A stretch of 64,000 bases of DNA. Source: an uncultured Gammaproteobacteria bacterium. GTDB taxonomy: Bacteria; Pseudomonadota; Gammaproteobacteria; Steroidobacterales; Rariloculaceae. This document shows, piece after piece, positions 48,613 to 58,040 of the stretch. Made by a program: the position numbers and the translations under genes. The notes under the pieces are model-generated. The model did not search any database. It worked only from the letters and a program-made list of their open reading frames with translations, and had not been told where the DNA came from. The first letter of the stretch is position 1. Every line of letters begins with the position of its first letter. Location: positions 50,066 through 114,065 of the forward strand of contig CAVSMD010000008.1 of NCBI GenBank assembly GCA_963728995.1, written 5' to 3'.

Positions 48613-49682
48613 GCCGGCGGATCGTCGTGCTCGCCGGGGACGGCGTGGGCCCCGAGGTCACGGCCGAGGCGGTGCGCGTGCTGAAGAGCGTGTCGGCGAA
48701 GGACGGCCTCGGTCTCGAGTTCGAGGACGCACTGATCGGCGGCGCCGCGTACGATGCGGCCGGCTCGCCGCTACCGGAGGCGACCGTCGCGGCTTGCAAG
48801 TCGTCCGCCGGCATCCTGCTCGGTGCCGTCGGCGGCCCGAAGTGGGCCGATATTCCGGTGCAGCACCGTCCCGAGCAGGGGCTGCTCGCGATCCGCAAGG
48901 TCCTCGGCTTATTCGCGAACCTGCGGCCCGTCACGACGGTGCCCGAGCTGGCCGCGGCTTCGCCCTTGAAAGCCGAGAAGCTCGCAGGCGTCAACATCAT
49001 GGTGATCCGCGAGCTCACGGGCGGAATCTATTTCGGCAAGCGCAGCCGCACGGCCGATGCCGCGTTCGATACCTGCGAGTACACGACGGTCGAGATCGAG
49101 CGCGTCTGCCGGGTCGCCGGCCGGCTCGCCATGACGCGCCGTCGCAAGGTGACGTCCGTGGACAAGGCCAACGTGCTCGATACGTCGCGACTCTGGCGCG
49201 ACGTGGCCACGCGGGTGTTCCGCACGGAATTTCCGCAGCTGACCGTCGAGCACCTGCTCGTCGACGCGGCCGCCATGCATCTGCTGAGCCGACCCGTGGA
49301 TTTCGATGTGCTGGTCACGGAGAACATGTTCGGCGACATCCTGACGGACGAGGCGTCGATGCTGGCCGGCTCGATGGGCCTCTTGCCGTCGGCGTCCCTC
49401 GGTGCAGACGACGGCCCGGGGCTGTATGAGCCGATTCACGGCTCGGCGCCGGACATCGCCGGCCAGGGCGTGGCAAATCCCTGCGGCACGATCCTCAGCA
49501 CCGCGCTGATGCTGCGCTATAGCTGCGGCGCGGAAGGCTCGGCCCGGCGCGTGGAGGCGGCCGTGGGGGGCGCCCTGCGCTCCGGCGCGCGGACGCGGGA
49601 CATCGCGGCCCCCGGCGCGCGCGAGTGGCTCGGCACGACGGCGTTCGCCGACGTGGTCCTGCGCCACCTGGCGGCACACTAG
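48609..49682 (+). CDS. leuB: 3-isopropylmalate dehydrogenase
   Basis: IVVLAGDGVGPEV, NLRP, NMFGDILSDEASMLAGSMG-like and EPIHGSAPDIAG. The ATGA start overlaps leuD. Confidence 0.95.
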   Translation: MSRRIVVLAGDGVGPEVTAEAVRVLKSVSAKDGLGLEFEDALIGGAAYDAAGSPLPEATVAACKSSAGILLGAVGGPKWADIPVQHRPEQGLLAIRKVLGLFANLRPVTTVPELAAASPLKAEKLAGVNIMVIRELTGGIYFGKRSRTADAAFDTCEYTTVEIERVCRVAGRLAMTRRRKVTSVDKANVLDTSRLWRDVATRVFRTEFPQLTVEHLLVDAAAMHLLSRPVDFDVLVTENMFGDILTDEASMLAGSMGLLPSASLGADDGPGLYEPIHGSAPDIAGQGVANPCGTILSTALMLRYSCGAEGSARRVEAAVGGALRSGARTRDIAAPGAREWLGTTAFADVVLRHLAAH

Positions 49683-49691
49683 CCCCCGCTC

Positions 49692-49740
49692 TTGACGAGG
49701 CATGGCGATCGTCGTAATGTACTAGCGCGCTGTTACATTA
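49692..49740 (+). promoter_or_regulatory. sigma70-like promoter overlapped by a 26-bp trp-operator-like palindrome
   Basis: TTGACG (49692-97), 17 nt, then TAATGT (49715-20). The palindrome TAATGTACTAGCGCGCTGTTACATTA (49715-40) is 22/26 self-complementary and contains GTACTAG, the E. coli trpO half-site. Confidence 0.45.
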
Positions 49741-49776
49741 GCGCATTAACATAGTGGCACGCGGACGAGGCAGAGT

Positions 49777-50085
49777 ATGAAGGCACATCGGCGGCAATCG
49801 GCGCGTCTCGCGGCGCGGGCCGAGCAAGGGCTCTACCGGGCGATCCTGAGCCTGCGCAGCGAAGCGGAGTGCGAGCAGTTCTTCAACGATCTGTGCACGC
49901 CGGCCGAGATCGAGGCGCTGGTCGACCGATGGGCGGTGGTGGGCTACCTTCGGGATGGCCTGCCCTACCGCCGAATTCATGAGCTCACGGGTGTGTCGGT
50001 CACCACGATCGGCCGCGTCGCGCGTTTTCTCACAGCCGGCAACGGTGGCTACCAGACCGTGCTGAAGCGGCTTGCGCCGCTCTAG
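49777..50085 (+). CDS. TrpR-like YerC/YecD family DNA-binding protein
   Basis: ECEQFFNDLCTPAEIEALVDRWAVVGYLRDGLPYRRIHELTGVSVTTIGRVARFL..GNGGY, the family signature. Its stop is 17 nt before hisG. Confidence 0.8.
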   Translation: MKAHRRQSARLAARAEQGLYRAILSLRSEAECEQFFNDLCTPAEIEALVDRWAVVGYLRDGLPYRRIHELTGVSVTTIGRVARFLTAGNGGYQTVLKRLAPL

Positions 50086-50102
50086 CACCGGAGATTGCAA
50101 CG

Positions 50103-51008
50103 ATGCGCATGACCACCAACGACCGCATCAAGATCGCGGTGCAGAAGTCGGGGCGCCTCACCGACCACTCGCTCGAGCTGCTGGTCAGATGCGGACTCAG
50201 CTACTCGCGCGGCACGGATCAGCTGATCTGCTACGGCGAGAACATGCCCGTCGACGTGCTGCTCGTGCGCGACGACGACATCCCGCGGCTCGTGCAGGAA
50301 GACATCTGCGATCTCGGCATCGTGGGCCTGAACATCATCGAGGAGCGGCGCTTGGAGCTCGTGCAGCAAGGCGAGACCGAGCTCTTTACGGAAATCGGCA
50401 AGCTCGACTTCGGCCAGTGCCGGCTGTCGTTCGGACTGCCGGCCGGTGTACCTTTCGGCGGACCGCACGAGCTGCAGGGCAAGCGTATCGCGACGACCTA
50501 CCCGCGGATCCTCGCCGATTACCTGAAGCGCCACGGCGTCGAAGCGCAGATCGTGGCGTTCTCCGGCGCCGTGGAGATTGCGCCGAGCCTCGGCAAGGCC
50601 GACCTCATCTGCGATCTCGTGTCGAGTGGGTCCACGTTGCGTGCTCACCAGCTCTACGAGGCAGCGACGATTCTCGAGAGCCGCGCCGCGCTAATCCGGA
50701 CACCGAAAGAGATCGTGGGCGACAAGGCGAAGTGGCTGCAGCGACTGCTGCTGCGGATCCAAGGTGTGCTGCAGGTCAAGGAAAGCAAGTACATCATGCT
50801 GCACGCGCCGCGTTCCGCCTTGAAAGCGATTACCGCGCTGCTGCCCGGCTCCGAAGCGCCGACGATCATTCCGCTCGAGGGGCGCGACGACAAGGTTGCG
50901 GTTCACGCCGTATGCCGCGAGAACGTATTCTGGGAGACGCTCGAACAGCTCAAGGAAGCCGGCGCGAGCTCGATGCTGGTGTTGCCGGTCGAGAAGATGC
51001 TGACTTGA
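50103..51008 (+). CDS. hisG: ATP phosphoribosyltransferase, long form
   Basis: RIKIAVQKSGRLTDHSLELLVRCG, collinear with E. coli HisG. At 301 aa it includes the C-terminal regulatory domain. Confidence 0.95.
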   Translation: MRMTTNDRIKIAVQKSGRLTDHSLELLVRCGLSYSRGTDQLICYGENMPVDVLLVRDDDIPRLVQEDICDLGIVGLNIIEERRLELVQQGETELFTEIGKLDFGQCRLSFGLPAGVPFGGPHELQGKRIATTYPRILADYLKRHGVEAQIVAFSGAVEIAPSLGKADLICDLVSSGSTLRAHQLYEAATILESRAALIRTPKEIVGDKAKWLQRLLLRIQGVLQVKESKYIMLHAPRSALKAITALLPGSEAPTIIPLEGRDDKVAVHAVCRENVFWETLEQLKEAGASSMLVLPVEKMLT

Positions 51009-51016
51009 GTAGCAGG

Positions 51017-52336
51017 ATGCCACCGCGAATCTGGCAACGACTGTCGGCGGGCGAACGTGCCGCGCTGCTCGCGCGGCCGGCGCTCGGTAACGACGCGGCG
51101 CTCGCGTCGCGCGTCGGCGCCATCATCGATCAGGTCCGCGCCGAAGGGGATGCGGCGCTGCGTGCTCTCACGGCGCAGCTCGATCGCGTGGAGCTCGACT
51201 CGCTGGAGGTCGCGCCGGGCGAGTTCGATGCGGCCGCCGAGCTCCTCACCGAGCCGCAGCGCGCCGCAATACGGGCCGCGGCGGCAAACATAGAGACGTT
51301 CCACCGGCCGCAGGTGCCGCAGCCGTTCGCCGTCGACACGCAGCCAGGGGTCCGCTGCGAGCGTGTTCTGCGGGCGATCGAGAGCGTCGGTCTGTACGTG
51401 CCCGCGGGCAACGCTCCCCTGCCCTCCACGGCCTTGATGCTCGGCGTGCCGGCGCGACTCGCGGGCTGCCCGACTCGGGTGCTGTGCAGCCCCGTGCAGG
51501 CCAGCGGGCGCGTCGATGCCGCGGTGCTGTACGCCGCGCGGGTGGCAGGGGTCGAGCGCGTCTTCAAGCTCGGGGGTGCTCAGGCGATAGCGGCCATGGC
51601 GTATGGAACCGAGAGCGTGCCGAAGGTCGACAAGATCTTCGGGCCGGGCAACACGTGGGTCACCGAGGCGAAGGCGCAGGTCGATCGCGATCCCGCCGGC
51701 GCGGCGCGCGACTACCCGGCCGGTCCATCGGAAGTGCTCGTGATCGCCGATCGGAGCGCGAACCCCGTGTTCGTTGCCGCGGACCTGTTGTCGCAGGCGG
51801 AGCACGGCGCGGATTCACAGGTGCTGCTGATCACCACGAGTCGGGAGCTGGCGGCCGCGGTCGAAGTCGCCCTCGAGTCGCAGAAGGCGCGGTTGACGCG
51901 GCGCACGCTCGCGGAGCAGGCGTTGGCGCACTCGAGCACGATCGTCGTCGAGGACCTCGGGACCGCCTTCGACATCTCGAACGACTATGCGCCCGAGCAT
52001 CTGATCCTGCAGATCGAGCAACCGCGCGACTGGTTACCGCGCGTGCGCGCGGCCGGATCGGTCTTTCTCGGCCCGTGGACGCCCGAGTCGGTCGGCGATT
52101 ACTGCAGCGGCACGAACCACGTGCTGCCGACGTACGGATTTGCAAAGCGCTATTCGAGCCTCGGCGTGGCCGATTTCATGCGCTCGATGACGGTTCAGGA
52201 GCTGACGGCCGACGGTCTGCGCGCCATTGGGCCGATCGCGACGACGCTCGCGATGCTCGAGGGCCTCGACGCGCATGCGTGGGCCGTCGACGAGCGACTC
52301 GCCGTCATCGAGTCGCCGCCGAGGACGAGCCGATGA
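51017..52336 (+). CDS. hisD: histidinol dehydrogenase
   Basis: GLYVPGG-like (GLYVPAGNAPLPST), SQAEHG, NDYAPEHL and HVLPT. The internal ATG at 51017 lies within the long ORF-track entry. Confidence 0.95.
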   Translation: MPPRIWQRLSAGERAALLARPALGNDAALASRVGAIIDQVRAEGDAALRALTAQLDRVELDSLEVAPGEFDAAAELLTEPQRAAIRAAAANIETFHRPQVPQPFAVDTQPGVRCERVLRAIESVGLYVPAGNAPLPSTALMLGVPARLAGCPTRVLCSPVQASGRVDAAVLYAARVAGVERVFKLGGAQAIAAMAYGTESVPKVDKIFGPGNTWVTEAKAQVDRDPAGAARDYPAGPSEVLVIADRSANPVFVAADLLSQAEHGADSQVLLITTSRELAAAVEVALESQKARLTRRTLAEQALAHSSTIVVEDLGTAFDISNDYAPEHLILQIEQPRDWLPRVRAAGSVFLGPWTPESVGDYCSGTNHVLPTYGFAKRYSSLGVADFMRSMTVQELTADGLRAIGPIATTLAMLEGLDAHAWAVDERLAVIESPPRTSR

Positions 52337-53409
52337 GCTCGGTGCTCGCGCTCGCGCGGCCGGAGCTGCGCGGCATTCGACCCTACGTGCCGGGGGCGTA
52401 CGAGCCCGGTTGCATTCGTTTGAACGCCAACGAGTCGCCGTGGCGTGCGCCCGGCGACAAATCCGAACGCGGGTTGAACGTGTATCCCCCGCCCCGCCCG
52501 ACGGTGCTGCAGGCGAAATTGGCGGGGTACTATGGCATCGAGCAGCGGCAGATCCTCGTGACACGAGGCAGCAGCGAGGCGATCGACGTGCTGATCCGCG
52601 GCTTTTGCGTGGCGGGTCGCGACAAGATTCTCGTGTGCCCGCCGACCTTCGACATGTATCGGCTGTATGCCGGTATTCAGAACGCCGGCGTGGTGCGCGT
52701 GCCGCTGCTGACCGATCGCGATTTCGCGCTCGATACGGACGCGGTCCTCCGCGCGCTGGACGCGCAGACGAAGCTCGTGTTCATTTGCTCGCCGAACAAC
52801 CCCACGGGGCAGTCGATGGCGCGTGGCGACATCGAGCGGATCTGTCGCGAGACGGCCGGGCGGGCCCTCGTGGTCATCGACGAGGCGTACCACGAGTACG
52901 CGACGAACGGCGATCATCTCGAGCTGCGCAATCGCTACGAGCACGTGGTGTTGCTGCGGACCCTGTCGAAGTTCGTATCGCTGGCGGGTGTGCGCTGCGG
53001 GCTCGTGGTGGCGACGCCGGAGCTGATCGAGTTCGCCCAGGTCGTGCTGCCTCCCTACACGTTCCCGACGCCCTCGATCGAGCTCGTCGACGAGGCCTTG
53101 ACGCAGGACTCGCTGCGAGTCTCCGCGGAGCGCGTAACCCTGATCAAGCGCGAGCGTGAGCGTCTCGCGGCGGCTCTGCGCGACGTGCCGCAAGTGGTGA
53201 AGGTCTTTCCGAGCGACGCGAACTTCATCATGGTGAAGACGCGCGACGGGCAGCGCTTCCGCGAGGCCGCGCGGCGCGCGGACATCTTGGTGAGGACCTT
53301 CGAGGATCCGTTGCTGGCGAATTGCGTCCGCATCACGATCGGCAAGCCCGAGGACAACGACCAGCTGCTGAAGGCCGTGTCGGGCGTGGAGCCCCCGAGC
53401 CATGCGTAG
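52333..53409 (+). CDS. hisC: histidinol-phosphate aminotransferase
   Basis: RLNANESPW, NPNNPTG-like (SPNNPTGQ) and RTLSKFVSLAGVRCG. The ATGA start overlaps hisD. Confidence 0.95.
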   Translation: MSSVLALARPELRGIRPYVPGAYEPGCIRLNANESPWRAPGDKSERGLNVYPPPRPTVLQAKLAGYYGIEQRQILVTRGSSEAIDVLIRGFCVAGRDKILVCPPTFDMYRLYAGIQNAGVVRVPLLTDRDFALDTDAVLRALDAQTKLVFICSPNNPTGQSMARGDIERICRETAGRALVVIDEAYHEYATNGDHLELRNRYEHVVLLRTLSKFVSLAGVRCGLVVATPELIEFAQVVLPPYTFPTPSIELVDEALTQDSLRVSAERVTLIKRERERLAAALRDVPQVVKVFPSDANFIMVKTRDGQRFREAARRADILVRTFEDPLLANCVRITIGKPEDNDQLLKAVSGVEPPSHA

Positions 53410-54466
53410 AATTCTGTTCCTCGATCGCGGCGGCACGCTCGTGCAGGAGCCGAGTGGCGGCCCCATGGACACACTCGAGAATTTGCGCTTGGTGCCGGGC
53501 GTGATCCCCGCGTTGCTGCGCTGCAAGGCGGCCGGCTACGAGCTCGTGATCGTCACGAACCAAGGCGGGCTCGGCAGTCCGACCTTCCCGCGTGCGGCAT
53601 TCGAGCGCTCGGACGAATATCTGCTGCAGCTAATGGCCTCGCAGGGCATTCGTTTCGCGGGCAATTTCGTCTGCCCGCATCTGCCCGAGGCCGGCTGCAG
53701 CTGCCGCAAGCCGGCGATCGGGCTCGTGCGCGACTTCGTGAACGCGTCGCCGCTCGACCGGGAGCGCTCGGCGATGGTCGGCGACCGTGACATCGATGTC
53801 GAGTTCGCCCGGAACCTCGGGATTCGCGGCTTCAAGCTCGGCGCGTCTGGCGCCGAGACCTGGGACATCGTGGCGCACGCCCTCGTCGATCGGCCGCGCA
53901 CCGCGACCGTCGGTCGCCGTACGCGGGAGACCGACATTCGCGTCGCCGTCGACCTCGACAGCGAGGCCGAGCCGCGCGCGACAACAGGCCTCGGTTTCTT
54001 CGACCACATGCTCCAGCAGCTCGGCAAGCATGGCGGCTTCAAGCTCGAGGTGGAATGCAAAGGCGATCTCGGCGTCGACGAGCATCACACGGTCGAAGAC
54101 GTTGCGCTCGCGCTCGGCCAAGCGCTGCGCGAGGCGCTCGGCGACAAGCGCGGAATCCAGCGCTATGGCTTCCTGCTGCCGATGGACGAGGCCGATGCCG
54201 AGGTATCGGTGGATCTCGGCGGCAGGCCGTTCCTGGTGTTCGAAGGCGCGTTTGCACGCGATCGCGTGGGCGATCTGCCGACGGAGCTCGTGCCACATTT
54301 CTTCCGCTCGCTGGCCGAGACGCTCGGCGCGGCCATTCACGTTCGCGTGCGCGGCGAGAACACGCATCACATGGTCGAAGTCACGTTCAAGGCCGTGGCC
54401 CGGAGCCTTCGCCAGGCTTTCGTCCGCCGTGGCGATGAGTTGCCGACGACGAAGGGCCAGCTATGA
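53402..54466 (+). CDS. hisB: bifunctional histidinol-phosphatase / imidazoleglycerol-phosphate dehydratase
   Basis: N-terminal HAD domain (ILFLDRGGTL, VTNQGG, GDRDID), then IGPD motifs FFDHML, DEHHTVEDV and GENTHH. Confidence 0.95.
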   Translation: MRRILFLDRGGTLVQEPSGGPMDTLENLRLVPGVIPALLRCKAAGYELVIVTNQGGLGSPTFPRAAFERSDEYLLQLMASQGIRFAGNFVCPHLPEAGCSCRKPAIGLVRDFVNASPLDRERSAMVGDRDIDVEFARNLGIRGFKLGASGAETWDIVAHALVDRPRTATVGRRTRETDIRVAVDLDSEAEPRATTGLGFFDHMLQQLGKHGGFKLEVECKGDLGVDEHHTVEDVALALGQALREALGDKRGIQRYGFLLPMDEADAEVSVDLGGRPFLVFEGAFARDRVGDLPTELVPHFFRSLAETLGAAIHVRVRGENTHHMVEVTFKAVARSLRQAFVRRGDELPTTKGQL

Positions 54467-55065
54467 CACGGTCTCCGGTCATTATCCCGTCGTGCGGCTC
54501 GAATCTCGCGTCGTTGCAGTTCGCGCTCGAGCGGCTCGGCGTCAACGTGCCGTTGACCGAGGACGCGGAGCGAATTCGCGCCGCCAGCCACGTCATTTTG
54601 CCCGGCGTCGGCGCGGCCGCCCCTGGCATGGCGCGGCTGGCGGCGGCCGGGCTCGTGGATCTGATTCCGACGCTGACGCAGCCGGTGCTCGGCATCTGCC
54701 TGGGCATGCAGCTGCTGTTCGCTCGCTCCGAGGAAGAGGAGACGCCCTGTCTCGGCGTCATCGACGCAGTGGTCGAGCGGCTGCCGGCCAGCCCGGAGTT
54801 GCCGGTGCCGGAGATGGGCTGGAACGAGCTCGAGCCGGTCGGCGCATCGGCGCTGCTGACGGGCGTGCCGTCCGGCGCGTATGCCTACTTCGTCCACAGC
54901 TATGCGGCGCCCCCGGGGCCTTACACACGCGCGCTCACCGAGTACGGCCGCCCATTCTCGGCGGTCGTCGAGCAGCGCAACTTCTTCGGCACGCAGTTCC
55001 ATCCCGAGCGCTCGTCCCGGGTCGGTGCCCAGATCCTCGACAATTTTCTCATGATCACGCTGTAG
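54463..55065 (+). CDS. hisH: imidazole glycerol phosphate synthase, glutaminase subunit
   Basis: LPGVGA, GICLGMQLL, YFVHSY and GTQFHPE. Confidence 0.95.
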   Translation: MTRSPVIIPSCGSNLASLQFALERLGVNVPLTEDAERIRAASHVILPGVGAAAPGMARLAAAGLVDLIPTLTQPVLGICLGMQLLFARSEEEETPCLGVIDAVVERLPASPELPVPEMGWNELEPVGASALLTGVPSGAYAYFVHSYAAPPGPYTRALTEYGRPFSAVVEQRNFFGTQFHPERSSRVGAQILDNFLMITL

Positions 55066-55078
55066 CTAATTATTTTCT

Positions 55079-55816
55079 ATGAAGTTAATCCCCGCTATCG
55101 ATCTGCGTGACGGGCGCTGCGTGCGGCTCCTCAAGGGGGATTTCGCCGCGGAGACGCGTTATCCGGTGGAGCCCGTGGCGCTGGCGGTTCAGTACCGGCA
55201 GCAAGGGGCGGACTGGCTGCATGTGGTGGACCTCGACGGCGCCAAACACGGCGAGCCCGCGAACCTAGCGCTGATCGAGCGCATGGCGGCGGCGGCCGGC
55301 GTCTCGGTGCAATACGGCGGCGGGGTACGGACGCCGTCGAGCCTCGAGCAGGCGCTGGCGGTGGTCGCCCGCGTCGTGATCGGCAGTCTCGCGGTGACGG
55401 ATCCCGACACCGTGACGGGCTGGCTCACGCGCTATGGGCCGGAGCGGTTGGTGCTGGCCCTGGACGTGCGGCTCGGCGACGACGGCACGCCGATGATTGC
55501 GACGCACGGCTGGACGCGCGCCTCGACGCTGACGTTGGCGGCGGCCATCGAACGGTACGCCGCGGCCGGACTGCGCCACGTGCTGTGCACCGATATCGAC
55601 CGGGACGGCGCGCTGACGGGTCCGAACGTGAGCCTTTACCGGGACTGCGCGGCCCGGTGGCCGAGCCTCGCGTTCCAGGCGTCGGGCGGCGTGCGCGACG
55701 TCGCCGACCTTCAGGCGCTCGCCGCCGCGGGCGCGGCCGCCGCGGTTTCGGGCAAAGCGCTGCTCGAAGGCCGGCTCAAGCCAGAGGAGATTCGACCATT
55801 CTTACGCGGCGCATAA
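55079..55816 (+). CDS. hisA: ProFAR isomerase
   Basis: [30 protein letters not shown] and SGKALLEG. Confidence 0.95.
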   Translation: MKLIPAIDLRDGRCVRLLKGDFAAETRYPVEPVALAVQYRQQGADWLHVVDLDGAKHGEPANLALIERMAAAAGVSVQYGGGVRTPSSLEQALAVVARVVIGSLAVTDPDTVTGWLTRYGPERLVLALDVRLGDDGTPMIATHGWTRASTLTLAAAIERYAAAGLRHVLCTDIDRDGALTGPNVSLYRDCAARWPSLAFQASGGVRDVADLQALAAAGAAAAVSGKALLEGRLKPEEIRPFLRGA

Positions 55817-56586
55817 TTCCCTGCCTCGACGTTCGCGACGGTGTGGTCGTGAAAGGCGTACGGTTCCGCGACCATAAGGTCGTCGGCGACATCATGACGC
55901 TGGCCGCACGCTATCGCGACGAAGGCGCCGACGAGCTGGTGTTCTACGACATCACGGCGAGCCCGGATCGCCGCACGGTCGACCGCACGTGGGTGAATCG
56001 CATCGCCGCGGTGCTCGACATCCCGTTCTGCGTGGCGGGCGGAATCCGCAGCGTCGAGGACGCCGAGGCCGTGCTGAATCTCGGTGCGGACAAGATCTCC
56101 GTGAACACGCCGGCGCTCGAACGTCCGGAGCTCGTCGACGAGCTCGTCCGCCGGTTCGGATCGCAGTGCGTGGTGATCGGGATCGACTCGCTGAGTCGTG
56201 ACGGCGACTACCACGTCTATGAATATACGGGCGATCCCAATCGGTCTCGTGCCGCGGATCGTCTGACCCTCGACTGGGTGCGCGAGGTCCAGGATCGCGG
56301 TGCCGGTGAGATCGTGCTGAACTGCATGAACCAGGACGGCGTGCGTAAGGGATACGACATCGCCCAGCTCACTGCGATGCGCGCCGTGGCGCATGTGCCT
56401 TTGATCGCTTCGGGGGGCGCCGGGACGATGGAGCACTTCGAGGAAGTATTCGCGCGCGCGCACGTGGATGGAGCGCTCGCTGCGAGTGTGTTCCACACGG
56501 CCGCGATCGACATCGGCCAGCTCAAGCGCTACCTGAGCCAGGCTGGTATACCGATCCGCCCGGTTCGTGGAGGAGAGGGCTCATGA
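55798..56586 (+). CDS. hisF: imidazole glycerol phosphate synthase, cyclase subunit (start codon uncertain)
   Basis: (I)[22 protein letters not shown] aligns with the E. coli HisF N-terminus [12 protein letters not shown], plus ADKISVNT and ASGGAG. The aligned first codon is ATT 55798, and the nearest canonical in-frame start is a GTG about 50 codons upstream. Confidence 0.85.
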   Translation: MLTRRIIPCLDVRDGVVVKGVRFRDHKVVGDIMTLAARYRDEGADELVFYDITASPDRRTVDRTWVNRIAAVLDIPFCVAGGIRSVEDAEAVLNLGADKISVNTPALERPELVDELVRRFGSQCVVIGIDSLSRDGDYHVYEYTGDPNRSRAADRLTLDWVREVQDRGAGEIVLNCMNQDGVRKGYDIAQLTAMRAVAHVPLIASGGAGTMEHFEEVFARAHVDGALAASVFHTAAIDIGQLKRYLSQAGIPIRPVRGGEGS

Positions 56587-56879
56587 GTGACGTCGCATTT
56601 CTGGAGCGCTTGCAGGGCATCATTCGCCAGCGCATCGCAACGGCTCCCGACGGGAGCTACACGGCTCGACTGGCCTCCCAGGGTGTGCTGAAGGTGGCCC
56701 AGAAGGTCGGCGAGGAAGGCGTCGAGCTCGCGCTCGCGGCCGCCGTGCAAGATCGCGCTCGCGTAACGGCGGAGGCCGCCGACCTGCTTTATCACCTGTT
56801 GCTGCTCCTGGAGCTTCGCGAGCTATCCATAGGGGATGTGATGGACGAGCTCGAGCGCCGCCATCGCGGGGCCGCCTGA
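56583..56879 (+). CDS. hisE: phosphoribosyl-ATP pyrophosphatase (HisE only, no HisI domain)
   Basis: 98 aa: [29 protein letters not shown]...[13 protein letters not shown]. Confidence 0.9.
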   Translation: MSDVAFLERLQGIIRQRIATAPDGSYTARLASQGVLKVAQKVGEEGVELALAAAVQDRARVTAEAADLLYHLLLLLELRELSIGDVMDELERRHRGAA

Positions 56880-56995
56880 CGGTGAGCGTCGAGGGGCACG
56901 ACCGCCCGCGCGGCGGCAGCCCCCTCCCCGTCGACGCGCGCGTGCACGAGTGCCACAATCAGCCGCGCAATGGCGAGCCGCAACTGGAGGATCCC

Positions 56996-58017
56996 GTGAA
57001 TCGACGACGGATGGGTGCGCTTCGTACGAGTCTCGGCATCGCGTCGCTGCTCTGGCTGCTCGGCGCCACGCTGGCCGCGGCCCAACCGGCGGCGCAGCCG
57101 ACCGCGGAGCAACGCGCGGCGGCGGAGAGAGCAGCCGCGAACAACAAGCTGCCCGATACGCCGGGCAGCGGGCCGTTCGCGGCCATGAAGGAAGAAGTCG
57201 CTGCGCCTGCCGAAGCACGTGATCTACCGACCCGGCGAATCTCGCGGCGCTCGGCAATCGCAAGCTCGGGCTCGTCGCCTGGGGCAACGGCGGCTGCTCC
57301 GACGACGGGGCCAGCAGCCGCTTCCACCTGCTCGAGATGGCTTCGCATGGTTATCTCGTCATCGCGAGCGGCCGCATCTTGAGCGGCCCCGGAGCGCCGC
57401 CCGCAGAGCCGCGACCGCAGACGCCGCCCACCGAGCCGCGGCCACCGCGCACGGTGGCTGCCGACTTGACGGACGCGATCGACTGGGCGCTCGCCGAGAA
57501 TGAGCGCAGCGGCAGCGCGTACTACGGTCGAATCGATCCGGCGCAGGTCGCGATTTCCGGCTGGAGCTGCGGCGGCTTGCAAGCGCTGGTGGCCGCGAAG
57601 GATCCGCGCGTGAAGACCGTGGTGATGCACAACACCGGCGTCCTGAACGACGGGCCGAATCGAACGATCCCCGGCATGGATCTCACGAAAGACGCATTGG
57701 CGAATTTCCACACGCCCGTCATCTATATCTTGGGTGGGCCGAAGGACATCGCCTACCTGAACGGCATGGACGATTTCCAGCGCATCGCGAACGTGCCCGT
57801 GGCGGTCGCGAGCCTGCCCGTCGGTCACGGGGGCACGTTTCAGGAGCCGAACGGCGGCGCGGCGGCGTCCGTGGCCGTCAGCTGGCTCGACTGGCAGCTG
57901 CGCGGCGACGCGACGGCGGCGCGCCGGTTCGTCGGCGACGCGTGCGGTCTGTGCCGCGATGCGGACTGGACGTTCGAGCGCCGGAACTTCGCCGGCGTGA
58001 CGGCGCGCCCACGCTAG
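56996..58017 (+). pseudogene. secreted alpha/beta hydrolase (dienelactone-hydrolase/cutinase-like) with two apparent +1 frame breaks at about 57189-57235
   Basis: GGAGGA SD then GTG 56996, and signal peptide MNRRRMGALRTSLGIASLLWLLGATLAAA. The reading continues as ..KHVIYRP (frame of 57219), then ANLAALGNRKLGLVAWGNGGCSDDGASSRFHLLEMASHGYLVIASG (frame of 57337). The nucleophile elbow GWSCGG and a His (VGHGG) follow downstream. Confidence 0.55.
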
Positions 58018-58040
58018 CCCCGCAGCTTCCGCGCCCGCGT

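Noticed and set aside
55585-55797. Long N-terminal extension of hisF, as given by the ORF track.
   Set aside because: The extension ([43 protein letters not shown]...) is non-homologous low-complexity sequence that completely overlaps the hisA coding frame.
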